Shown here piece after piece: positions 39,136 to 51,961 of a DNA stretch of 64,000 nucleotides. The stretch lies in the NCBI GenBank assembly GCA_964016885.1, contig OZ024747.1, positions 9,548,001 through 9,612,000 on the forward strand. The letters run 5' to 3'. The notes beneath the pieces are model-generated. The model was not told the DNA's origin. It searched no databases and was given only the letters and a program-made list of their open reading frames with translations. Source of the stretch: Eledone cirrhosa (taxonomy: Eukaryota). Both the position numbers and the translations under genes were made by a program. The stretch's first letter is position 1. Each line of letters starts with the position of its first letter.

Positions 39136-39220
39136 TATTTAATTGATTGACGGTCGTTTCGTTAAAATAACTGGAATATTCAATTCCTGTTATATTAATC
39201 TCACCAGAATCGATTAAATA
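39136..39220 (-). ncRNA. Type I hammerhead ribozyme motif with core variant CUGGUGA
   Basis: Stem I 12 of 13 bp, long stem II, GAAAC-gacc-GTC cleavage triplet; adjacent to (TA)n. Confidence 0.55.
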
Positions 39221-39244
39221 CGTATAATAATATCTACTATTATA

Positions 39245-39287
<43 letters not shown>

Positions 39288-39575
39288 GGCGAAGGGTAAC
39301 CTGGAAAGCAGGGCATGCAGTCCAATCGCCATGGCAGAAAGTGTGGCTGCGCAGCCTTACCCCCTCCCCCTATTCCCTCTAAATGACCCTCCCGGTCAAA
39401 GCCGCATGTAGTGTTATCTAGTGTGTGTGTGTGTGTTATCTTTTTATGTGTCTACGATTTAGTAAGCAGCCAAAATTCTGCTTGCTTCAACCGACGCAAT
39501 TGATCAACTCAAGATTCTATAACGCATGCACTGCATGTGTTGCATGCACGGACCCTTCGCCCCTGATATGCATAT

Positions 39576-39625
<50 letters not shown>

Positions 39626-41193
39626 TGGCTTTCTGTCTCCCAAATAATTTCACTCAAAAGGCATTAGTCAACTCCAGGTTTTGGGATAAGCCTCCTTGGT
39701 TACGGTTTTGTGCCGTAAGATCGAAACTAACGGATATTGTTTTCTGTTTCCCAATCTCCCTTCGTCGTGGACTCGGAGTAGCGTTACTGTCACAGTATAA
39801 CCAGTTACTCTTTCTGACAGCAATTCCTAAATTTGACATCCTACTGATCCTGGCTTCTAAGACTACATTATAGTGTTGATAATATGGCTACGATAAGGTG
39901 TTATATATGTAATATAGTGAGTTGAAAAAGACTCATTAATGAGATTATCCAAGCTATTAGAGGACAAAATCTCCCCCCAAATGAATATTTAAAATCTAAC
40001 AAGGGAGATAACTCTAATTGCTTTTTTTTTTTTTACCCCCATGAGGGTACCTGGTTGTTTTAGCGCCTTAACTTCATATCACACGTAGTAATGTTACGGG
40101 CGTGTTGGCTTGCCTCAAAGTGTTCCGTTGACCTTTACGATGTGTTATCTATTGTCGCACTTGGTGCGTTCTAGTTTTTCTTTTTGCTTCCCCTTTTTGT
40201 GTATTATATTTTATATATGTTTGTTTATTATATTTGTGAGGTACCTAGCAATAATTAATTGTATTTTTATGTGTTTATATTTTCATTCTGTAAGGATTTG
40301 TAATGATATATTTACAGATTATCCACAAGTGATGGGAAGAGACCAGACGGCCTTACCCTCTGGCCCTGGGTAAGAGGCAGGTGTCTCATATGATACGTCA
40401 CAGTCAGTGACTCCTAGGCTCCCTCCAACATTATGGATGTCGTGGTAAATGTTGCGAACATGTTGGCTTGTCTCAAAATATTCCGTTGACCCTTGTAATG
40501 TGCGGCCAATTGTCGCACTAGGTTGTGAATTGATAGTCGTTTTTGTTTTTGTTCTTCCCTTTTTTCTTCTGTCTCTCAGTCTGGCCATATTTTAGATGGG
40601 TTATATTTGTGAGGTTCCGAACAATGATTAATTGTATTTATTATGTGTGTTTATATTTGTGTTTGCAGTCGCCCTGCTCATGATAGTTAGTCTGTAAGTA
40701 GTTTTGACTATTTCATAGGTTTCTGAAGCGGTTTTGCATATCAAGCCTCCAAGTTGTGCTCATGCCCTGACTGCATTGTGGGACCAGTCAGCTGTGACAA
40801 GATGTGCGTGACGGGTAGTGTTTAAAGTGTTGTAGTGGCCCGAACCTTCAGCCTGGAAAAACAAGATATTGCAGGTTAGCTTAATATAACCATATCAAGG
40901 TTGTATTATAGTGACAGTTATGGAGGTTAATTAAAAGTGTCTGAAAAGAAAAGCCTCAACACGTGTGCGTGAAAAATTTCTGTAGTAAACTAAATTTTAG
41001 GAAATATTGATTTTTGTTCACTGTAGCACAGCAAGACCTGGCTGTGTCAGATATTCTGACAACTTCACCCATCCGCACACCCACACAGAACAATGAAGAT
41101 CATAGCAGAGATGGGACAGTGTAAGGAGGGTGGGGAGGTGTATTGATAAGAATTCTTTATCAGTAAATATACACATACAATTAAAAGTTTACA

Positions 41194-41263
<70 letters not shown>

Positions 41264-41574
41264 TCTGTGTACTGGTATTTTTATAACTGAGAAACAAGGA
41301 CAAACAATAAATAATACCAATAGTTGTGAGTTTGTTTTACAACCACATAGCTCTGGCCTCAATCTCACTGTGTGGTACCTGGGCAAGTGTTTTCTACTAT
41401 ACCCTTGGCTTCAGCAACTCCTTGTGAGTGGAATTTGGGAGAAGCCCATTGTATATGTGTAACATCTGTGGAATTACATCATTTCTGATGCAATCCCAAC
41501 TCTGATAGGCTGGTGATGTCCTACAGATGACTGAGGACCACACATCCAAAGTACTGTTGTATAGTCAACTACAT

Positions 41575-41758
41575 AACTGTTTCTACTTTAGGCACAAGGC
41601 CAGCAATTACCCAGTACATTACTGGTACTTTACTTTATCGACCCCGTAAGGATGAAAGGCAAAGTTAACCTCGGCGGGATTTGAACTCAGACTGTAAAGG
41701 GACGTAACTATGCTAGAAAACATGGCGTCCAACCCTCTACCGATACTGCCAATTCACC
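41575..41758 (-). mobile_element. SINE family A
   Basis: Near-identical to other young copies. Confidence 0.85.
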
Positions 41759-42172
41759 ATAATGGTACATGTAATGTAGGCAGACTATTACTAAGATATA
41801 AAACAAACAAGTACAATCTTAAATATGTGAACATACCGCTAACCTCTTTTGAAGCTCTAGCTGCTGACTGTGGAAAATGAAGGACTGTCGGCCATGAAGG
41901 TTTAAAGGACTTTAAAAATACCTCGTATGGTCCATCTTTAAAGATCTAAGATCTAACACCAAGAGCTGATCAAATATTCCATCCTGCTCTAAATCAGGGT
42001 TCATATGCACCTGGACTAAAGTGTCATTTAAGGCACAACCATAAAAAATAAACTGAGAAAACTGTTTAATCCTCCTAAGTTGAAATCGAGCTGAAAGTCA
42101 ATCATATATGTATATATATCAATAAAAAATCTGAGGCAATATTCATTTGGTTTATGTTTCACCCCTTACTAC

Positions 42173-42258
<86 letters not shown>

Positions 42259-43700
42259 CTACATCATCATTATCATCGTTTTTATGTTGGCTTTTCCATG
42301 CTTGCATGAGTTGGACAGGTCCTTCTCAGCACAACATCTCTCCACCTGTGTTCATTGTCTTTCTTGGTCTACCTCTATTGCGGCTTCCTTCCACTGGGAT
42401 TTCCTGGCATTTCTTCACCCATTGGTCATTGTCCATACGCATCACGTCCATACCAATGCAATCTTCTCCCTTGCACACCATCTCGGATTTCCCTTAAGCC
42501 CAGCTTCTTTCTCAGCTCGTCTTTCTCTCATATGTATGTGTGTAAGTTTAAGTTAGTGTCTGCATCTATTTCCTGTAATTTGTGGCAGCCTAGGCAAGGA
42601 AGAGCTAGGGAGGACGACAAGCCAGGATTGTATCACACAGATTTGTGACGACATAAACTGCAATCTCTCTGATCTGCTGAATATAATGAACTGTATGGCG
42701 ACAGAGAGTCAAGAGACTCGTGCAAGAAGTGTGACCTATTTCTATTGCACTACTGCGTGAAAGTAGACGTAGAAAGAAGCCAGTCATTTAAACAGTAATT
42801 GTTCAGTAAACTATGACATACTAGTGAATTATTTCTTTGTCAGGGGAATTAAGCTATGTAATACTTTGGAATAATTACTAAAGTAGTTATTTCCCTTGAC
42901 ACACGCCCCAGCATAATGAGATTAATGAACCATAAAAATATATATTCGTCTGTAACTCTTTAAATTTTTACACGCACAAATGTACACATAATGCATCTCC
43001 TGTGTCTGTCATGTTGCTACAATAAGTAGTTCACTTTCCAGTCACAAGTTCCTAAGTTCTAACCCTACATTTGTCTCTGCAAATAGTTATTTCTCCGAAG
43101 TTACTCATGCATTTAATCCTGTTTTTTTTATTTGTACATATATACTGAACATTTATATAATTGGAAAAAATGAAACGAAATTTCATTTCCCACTCTTAGT
43201 ACGGCTGTTACTTAAATATAAGTAGGTACACGTACATACATATATGTATACAGACGTTCAGTAGTATGTATATATATACATACATGCACACATATATATA
43301 TGTACGTATGGATTCACCGAACATTTATTATAATGCTCGGTGTGTTTGTAAACAAACATCCCGTATTAAGCTGTATTATTTATTTAATTATATTCTTGTG
43401 TCTGTGGTAGAAACCCCTATTTTTAATCCCTGCTCTTTGTACTTCACTTACACCAAGGTTCTTTGATCTCCCTTCTCACTTCATCATAACGAACTTTATT
43501 CAACTAAATGTTTTCTTTTAGGAAATAGATATTATTTTATTAATCTATTTATTTATTTATTTATTTATTTATTTATTTTGCTAACTTTATAAAAAGAGTT
43601 TTCCTATTTGGGTGCATGTAGGGTCTAACCTATATGAAATTTGAGGCCCCTCTCTAAAAAAAGTATAATTATTTTTTATATTAATGTTAATAAAGAATAA

Positions 43701-43779
<79 letters not shown>

Positions 43780-43962
43780 ATACTTGAGGAGGGTCATATT
43801 GTTGTAATAATATTGCCAGAAATAATAACAGAACACACTCACTGTTTGGTTGGTTTTCGCTTCTGTATCTTTTATATCTCCATAGTTAATTTATTTGACA
43901 ATCAACGTTTTATCATTGATTAACCAGCGGTTAAATACAGATATAAATATATATATATAGTC

Positions 43963-44007
43963 TATCAAAGTTCTTTCGTTGCACATCTGCAACATCATCA
44001 GTGGTAC
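43963..44007 (-). ncRNA. Minimal hammerhead ribozyme motif
   Basis: CTGATGA-t-GTTGCA gatg TGCAAC-GAAAG-aa-CTT; perfect 6-bp stem II, weak stem I; between (TA)n tracts. Confidence 0.5.
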
Positions 44008-44059
44008 TATTATGTTTCCACCTGTTTTGTATGTCTACGCCATTTTTATTTTATTTATT

Positions 44060-44096
<37 letters not shown>

Positions 44097-45007
44097 CAGG
44101 ATGGATTCAGGGTTTGAAACTGGTTAAATCATTATCTCAGTTGGTCTTGCTTGGGGATCCAGCTGGATCAGTTGGAGACAGTTGCTTCTGATTGGACCTG
44201 CTGGAAAGGCTGTTTGAGGTCTCTGCCCCTAAGACCTTCTCAGGAATAAGTGGGCAAAGAAGGAAAAGAAGAATTTCTCCCTTTTTCAGCCAATTTAGAA
44301 TAGTGTGTGGTTTGTTACGAATTATTCAAGTTGCTGTACCCAAATATCTGTAAATATTCCACTTACAAAATTTGGAATTTACTGAGGTAATGAAGAAGTT
44401 ACAGTTTTCACTAACCTCATACCTATTAGCCATTTAGATTTCCCCCCATTACTTCCAACTTTTGCCAATTTCTGAAGAATTAGTCGCACCAAAACATGTG
44501 ACAATTTTTACTTTAATTTCTAATTCTTGTCAAGAATGGCAAGAAAACTAAATTAATTAAAAATCAACTTAAGACATGTAATTATATGTATGTCTGATCT
44601 TTGGCAACCATAGTCATGTTACTCTCTCCTCTTCTCTCACTCTCTTTCACTTTCTGTGTCTGTCTGTGTGTGTGTCTATGTGTGTATGCATGTGTGTCTG
44701 TGTGTATGCATGTGTGCATGTATACATATTAAATATATATATAATCATTATCATTATTTAATGTCCACTTTTCCACACTGACATATTCACAAACACTTAT
44801 ATACCACGCACACATACACACTCATTTATGAATGTGTGTGTATGTACATACCTACCTACCTATATATATACATATATATATATATACAGAACACCCGACT
44901 TCCTACGGGCACAGGCCAAAGCTGAAGCATGTATACAGTATGCTCCACCTCACCCCACCTTCCCATACATTTCCTTTGAGGATAGGCTGAAGTATTCATC
45001 ATGTGAA

Positions 45008-46420
45008 GCCCCCAGTCCACCCTGTAAAGTGGTCATGTAGGTGTCACGACAAAAAGTACCCAGTCCACACTGTAAAGTGGTCATGTAGGTGTCACGACAA
45101 AAAGTACCCAGTCCACACTGTAAAGTGGTCATGTAGGTGTCACGACAAAAAGCACCCAGTCCACACTGTAAAGTGGTCATGTAGGTGTCACGACAAAAAG
45201 TACCCAGTCCACACTGTAAAGTGGTCATGTAGGTGTCACGGCAAAAAGCACCCAGTCCACACTGTAAAGTGGTCATGTAGGTGTCACGACAAAAAGCACC
45301 CAGTCCACACTGTAAAATGGTCATGTAGGTGTCACAACAAAAAGTACCCAGTCCACACTGTAAAGTGGTCATGTAGGTGTAACGACAAAAAGCACCCAGT
45401 CCACACTGTAAAGTGGTCATGTAGGTGTCACGACAAAAAGCACCCAGTCCACACTGTAAAGTGGTCATGTAGGTGTCACAACAAAAAGTACCCAGTCCAC
45501 ACTGTAAAGTGGTCATGTAGGTGTAACGACAAAAAGCACCCAGTCCACACTGTAAAGTGGTCATGTAGGTGTCACGACAAAAAGCACCCAGTCCACACTG
45601 TAAAGTGGTCATGTAGGTGTCACAACAAAAAGTACCCAGTCCACACTGTAAAGTGGTCATGTAGGTGTAACGACAAAAAGCACCCAGTCCACACTGTAAA
45701 GTGGTCATGTAGGTGTCACGACAAAAAGCACCCAGTCCACACTGTAAAGTGGTCATGTAGGTGTCACAACAAAAAGTACCCAGTCCACACTGTAAAGTGG
45801 TCATGTAGGTGTAACGACAAAAAGCACCCAGTCCACACTGTAAAGTGGTCATGTAGGTGTCACGACAAAAAGCACCCAGTCCACACTGTAAAGTGGTCAT
45901 GTAGGTGTCACGACAAAAAGTACCCAGTCCACACTGTAAAGTGGTCATGTAGGTGTCACGACAAAAAGCACCCAGTCCACACTGTAAAGTGGTCATGTAG
46001 GTGTCACGACAAAAAGCACCCAGTCCACCCTGTAAAGTGGTCATGTAGGTGTCACGACAAAAAGCACCCAGTCCACACTGTAAAGTGGTCATGTAGGTGT
46101 CACGGCAAAAAGTACCCAGCCCACACTGTAAAGAGGTCATGTAGGTGTCACGACAAAAAGTACCCAGTCCACACTGTAAAGTGGTCATGTAGGTGTCACG
46201 ACAAAAAGCACTCAGTCCACACTGTAAAGTGGTCATTTAGGTGTCACGACAAAAAGTACCCAGCCCACACTGTAAAGTGGTCATGTAGGTGTCACGACAA
46301 AAAGTACCCAGTCCACACTGTAAAGTGGTCATGTAGGTGTCACGACAAAAAGTACCCAGCCCACACTGTAAAGTGGTCATGTAGGTGTCACGACAAAAAG
46401 CACCCAGCCTACACTGTAAT
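45008..46420. repeat. 48-bp minisatellite, ~29 copies, derived from family C element
   Basis: cacgacaaaaag[c/t]acccagtccacactgtaaagtggtcatgtaggtgt; same motif single-copy at 31518, 32115 and 46740. Confidence 0.95.
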
Positions 46421-46570
46421 GGAAGTTATGGAAGAGGAAGACTTAGGAAGGCTTGGGATGAGGTCATGAAAGCTGACCTCACACAATTGCACCTCTCAAA
46501 GGCAATGGCACAGGATTGAGATCTCTGGCATTATGCAATAATGCAGAAGATCTGCCATCCCATGTGCATG
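46421..46570 (+). mobile_element. RTE-type LINE C-terminal relic
   Basis: Translates as GRGRLRKAWDEVMKADLTQLHLSKAMAQD*DLWHYAI. Confidence 0.6.
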
Positions 46571-47255
46571 GATTGAAGCAAGTGATCTAGTTATCTCTAG
46601 TATGTACTACTTCTCTCCCCTTTCCATTCCATACACCTTCCACACCCTAACACATCACCCATCACCAGATAAGTGCCCCACCCTCAATCTACATCTCCAA
46701 TCCCCACCCTACATACATGTACCTCCACCATTCCCAGTGCCCAGTCCACACTGTAAAGTGGTTGTTTTGGTACCACGAAAAAAAGCACCCAGTTCACTCT
46801 GTAAATGTGGTTGGCGTTAGGAAGGTCATCCAGCTGTAGAAACCAAGCCAGAAATAGTTCTGTATGATCAAGACATGGTCAGCTGACCTGACTTGTTTCA
46901 CAACGGGACAATTTATCTAACCCATGCTAGCATGGAAAAATTACCATTAAACGGTGATGATGGCGATGATATACATACACACACACACACACACATGCAC
47001 ACCCACCCACACACACACATATACATACACACCCACACACACACATAAATATATACATACACACCCACACACAAATATATATACATACACACACACACAC
47101 ACGCACACATACATTCATACACACACACACACACACATATACATCGTTATTTATCTTCCATATTTGTCTGTTTTTCTCTTTATCTGTCTCTCTCTCATAG
47201 TCGTTCTTTCTGACTTTACCTGTTAGCCTCTCTATTTTATCCTCCCCATCTCTAA

Positions 47256-47324
<69 letters not shown>

Positions 47325-47349
47325 CTCTCGCTCTCTCTCTTTCTCTCTT

Positions 47350-47388
<39 letters not shown>

Positions 47389-47399
47389 TCCTCATTCTT

Positions 47400-47435
47400 T
47401 CTTCTGATGAAGGACTAGCGTCCGAAACGTTAAGA
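47400..47435 (+). ncRNA. Minimal type I hammerhead ribozyme motif (Penelope-like element type)
   Basis: tctt-CTGATGA-a-GGAC tagc GTCC-GAAACGT-T-aaga: intact core, 4-bp stems I and II, palindromic ACGT stem III. Confidence 0.65.
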
Positions 47436-47519
47436 CCCTCTTCCTGCTATATCAAGCGTTAACCTAATATATACCTTCCATATACTGTACCGATTGTGTT
47501 GTTATTTCTGTTTACCTTT

Positions 47520-47594
<75 letters not shown>

Positions 47595-47700
47595 ACTCTC
47601 CCTCTCGCTTTCTCTCCATACCCCACCCCCTCTCTCTCTCTCTCCCACCCTTTCTCTCCCTATCTACCTCTCTCTCTTACTCTCTCTCCCTCTCGTTGCT

Positions 47701-47980
47701 AAGGTATATCAACACGGTGATGCTGGTGGTGATTATACGGTATCTCTTCTGCTGCTTAAATCCTACTGTTGCTCAGCATCAATTATGATAATAATCCCCA
47801 CCCTCATCTCCACTCCCTCCCTCCCTCCCCTTTTGCCAATCTGTCATGGCGAATGCAGCAGCACGGTGGAATCACGTCGGCTTCTTCTCTTGTTGCTGCT
47901 CTTTACTCTGGACTATTTTTACCTACTAAATTTTATTTTTTTCTAAATTCAAGATGCCGTGACATTTTTAACATATTCAG
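47701..47980 (+). other. Candidate first exon of an unidentified (possibly non-coding host) transcript
   Basis: Unique CpG-retaining sequence after a (CT)n tract, ending in a consensus donor CAG|GTAAGT at 47980/47981; no recognisable protein; start coordinate approximate. Confidence 0.4.
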
Positions 47981-48208
47981 GTAAGTGGAGTGTCAATATA
48001 TAATATTATTTGAATACAAAGTGTGGAAAAAGAACAAATGTGGAAAGAAAACCACGAAAAACATTCACCAGCTGTATTTCTTTGTATTGTGACTCTTTAC
48101 ATTCTTGTTTTAGAGCAAAACATTTAACGTCTAATTAAATAGAAAAAGAAAAAATACGCCAGAAAGAAAAGAAAACGAGAAAGAGAAAGTAACATCGTGT
48201 CGTCTTCA

Positions 48209-48833
48209 GCTGTGGTCGTTAAATGGGGGATTGATTTCGTATTGTTAGTTCAGTATAAACTGATCCCGTATTTCATGACCAGCAAGTCGTCTTCTGCTGT
48301 GGTCACCAAATGGGGGTTTGATTTCTTGTTGTTAACACAATATAAACTGCTCCCCTATTTCGTGACCAGCAAGTAGTCTTCTGCTATAGTTCGTAAATGG
48401 GGGGTTGGTTTCAGTTTGTTGAATATATGGAAACGGTCCCCTGACTTTATGACCGCCATATATATATATACATACATATATATATTGAAGTACGCGAAAC
48501 AGAAAGAAAATGACTATGAGAAAAAATAAACAATTGTCAAGAGTATTTCACATTAGGAGAGCTTATTTAAGGTATTCGTTAGTTCCTTTTTATTCTCTCG
48601 TTAATTGCTCCGTTGAATGCCTTAGAAAAGAAAGAAGGATGGGTTAGAAAGAGAAAGTAACTACTGTCTTCTGCTAGGGGAAATGGGAAATCAATTTTAC
48701 GTTGTTAACATCATATAAACTGGTCCCCCACTTTGTGGCCACCAGTAGTCTTCTTCAGCTGCTATGGTCGGTAAGTGGGATATTAATTTAACGTTGCTAC
48801 TACTCTGTGAACTGATCCCTTATTTCATGACTA
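48209..48833 (+). ncRNA. Candidate cluster of five paralogous pre-miRNA-like hairpins (48209-48283, 48295-48371, 48382-48457, 48672-48744, 48761-48833)
   Basis: Diverged ~87-nt units, each self-complementary over about 30-35 bp, with covarying substitutions between copies; G-U pairs favour the + strand. Confidence 0.55.
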
Positions 48834-48899
48834 CCCTTATGTGGTTAATTAAAAATTTAAGACACCGCAGCTTTTTGATAATCAGAAAATAGGTGGAAT

Positions 48900-48940
<41 letters not shown>

Positions 48941-49579
48941 TACACACATATGTACATACACAAGTACACAAACACGTACAGACATATGTGTACACACACA
49001 CACACGTATATACACATATATGTACACACACCCGTAGATACATATATATGTACACACACACGCGATTTTATGTTCGATCTAAATAGATTGTCACTAATTC
49101 GAGGGTTACTATGTATGTATAATAAAATAGTAAATGCCAAGCAACACACACACACACTACTTGTTCTATATATATATAGTATATTTAAAATTTCATAGCC
49201 GTAACATGTATGTGCGACATAAGGTTTCGGAGTCCAGTTATGGCCACCACTGTTTAATGGAGGGGCCGTTTCAAAACAGGCCTCTCATCGGGCGCTAAGA
49301 CAATATATATATATATATATATATATAAAATTGTGTGTGTGTATGTGTGTATATATATATATGTATGTATATATACAACACGTAAATGTATTTAGAATAT
49401 ATTTCTATCAAAGACATTACATTATGTTTATCATAATATATAGTAAAAGGTGTTATAAATAAAAGTACACACACACACACACACACACATACATAGCATA
49501 AAAGTATATGTGTGTATCTATCTATCTTTCCCTCTCTCTCTTTTGTGCCCCTGTGGCTAATAAAGAAATATATCTTTCC

Positions 49580-49651
<72 letters not shown>

Positions 49652-49756
49652 TTATGTGTGTGTGTGTGTTTATATATATGTGTGTGTGTTTATACACACA
49701 CACATACATAGCATAAAAGTATGTGTGTGTATCTATCTATCTTTCCCTCTCTCTTC

Positions 49757-49792
<36 letters not shown>

Positions 49793-50081
49793 ATGTGTGT
49801 GTGTGTGTATTTATGTGTGTGTGTTTATATATATGTGTGTGTGTGTATTTATATATGTCTGTGTTTATATATGTGTGTGTGTGTGTGTGTATTTATATAT
49901 GTGTGTATATATGCTTATGTATATATATGAGTATACGTGTATGTATATATATGTATGTATATACATATATGTGTGTGTGAGTGTGAGTGTATATATACGT
50001 GTGTGTATATATATGTGTGTGTGTGTATATATACATGTGTGTGTATATATATGTGTGTGTGTATATATGTCTGTGTATATA

Positions 50082-50112
<31 letters not shown>

Positions 50113-50445
50113 GTCTGTGTATATATATGTGTGTATATATATATGTCTGTGTATATATGTGTGTGTGTGTGTATATATGTGTGTGTGTATATATGTCTGT
50201 GTATATATGTGTGTGTGTGTGTGTATACATATATATATATATGTCTGTGTATATATATGTCTGTGTATATATATGTGTGTGTGTATATATATATATGTCT
50301 GTGTATATATGTGTGTGTATATATATATGTGTGTGTATATATATATATATGTGTGTGTGTGTCTATATATATGTACACACATACGTGTGTGTGTGTGTGT
50401 GTGTGTTTCTGTGTGTCCATCCATATATGGAATTATAGTATGGAT

Positions 50446-50745
50446 GCCTACATGGTTGAGTGGTAAAGATGTTCAGTTGGAAATCAAGAGGTCGTTGGTT
50501 CAATTCCCCGGTGTGGAATCTTGAGTATGTATTTTTAAACAGAACCTAAGTCTACTTACTTCTCCTCCTCTGTGTGTGATAGTTGGTTGACAGAAATTAT
50601 GTCAATTATGTCCATCAAATGGACAGTGGACAGCCCCTGTAATACAAACAGGCAGCCCTGTCACACAGACACAGTGTCATATGGATTCTGTCTGAGCTTA
50701 GTAATATTAATGGTACCAATATCTGTAGAATATTCACTCACTTAT
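50446..50745 (+). mobile_element. Degenerate tRNA-headed SINE
   Basis: tggttgagtggtaa A box and ggttcaattcccc B box; cloverleaf not intact. Confidence 0.5.
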
Positions 50746-50818
50746 ACCATAATTATGTTGTATAAAGCTAACTGGTTGAATAACTGGAATACTCCTTGTT
50801 GAATTCAACAGATTCATT

Positions 50819-50858
<40 letters not shown>

Positions 50859-51060
50859 ATGTTTAATATAGAAATGGCTTCTACAGGACTAGAACTGTTT
50901 CATTCAAAAGAAATCAACAGGAAAGCCCTGATGATTTCTTTTGAATGAAACAGTTCTAGTCCTGTAGAAGTGATCTCTATATTAAATATGATGTTTACAC
51001 TCTACCAATGTATTGAGTACCTTACTTACTGTGGTTACCTCTGCTTGAACCTGGGACCTA

Positions 51061-51100
<40 letters not shown>

Positions 51101-51101
<1 letters not shown>

Positions 51102-51309
51102 CAAAGGAATTGTGGTAAGGAACCAGATGGACCATAACGCACCAGAGTACTCAATACTTAGGGTAGTAGAGTGGGAAATAGGAAAAAGTATGATCCCGAC
51201 GGCAGAGCTCAAGCCGTTTCGACGGCTATTTCTTGACTCAAATATTTCTGGACAGAAATAGCCGTCGAAATGGGTTGAGCTCTGCCGTCGGGATCATACT
51301 TTTTCCTAT
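51101..51309. mobile_element. Palindromic dispersed element family P2 (second copy 52217-52420)
   Basis: ~75-bp leader then ~130-bp inverted repeat; both copies embedded in (TA)n. Confidence 0.75.
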
Positions 51310-51325
51310 ATATATATATATATAC

Positions 51326-51358
<33 letters not shown>

Positions 51359-51395
51359 CATATATATATAAATATATATATACATATATATATAA

Positions 51396-51464
<69 letters not shown>

Positions 51465-51470
51465 CACACA

Positions 51471-51565
<95 letters not shown>

Positions 51566-51569
51566 ATAC

Positions 51570-51601
<32 letters not shown>

Positions 51602-51605
51602 ATAC

Positions 51606-51682
<77 letters not shown>

Positions 51683-51741
51683 CACATATATATATATATA
51701 CATATATATATATACATATATATATATATACATATACATAC

Positions 51742-51773
<32 letters not shown>

Positions 51774-51822
51774 ATATATACATATATATATACATATACA
51801 TATATATATACATATACATACA

Positions 51823-51855
<33 letters not shown>

Positions 51856-51889
51856 GTACATATACACATATATATTTATATATATATAC

Positions 51890-51961
<72 letters not shown>

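Noticed and set aside
44950-46469. 428/488-aa Cys/His-rich ORFs resembling zinc-finger repeats
   Set aside because: 48-bp tandem unit open on both strands, derived from a dispersed retroelement; no C2H2 spacing or linker.
49215-49295. Hammerhead-like ccgatgag...ctccgaaac on minus strand
   Set aside because: Core U4 is mutated and I could not pair stems I and III convincingly.
50446-50520. Possible tRNA gene
   Set aside because: A and B boxes present but acceptor and anticodon stems do not pair; continues into SINE-like body. Same for 18845-18910.
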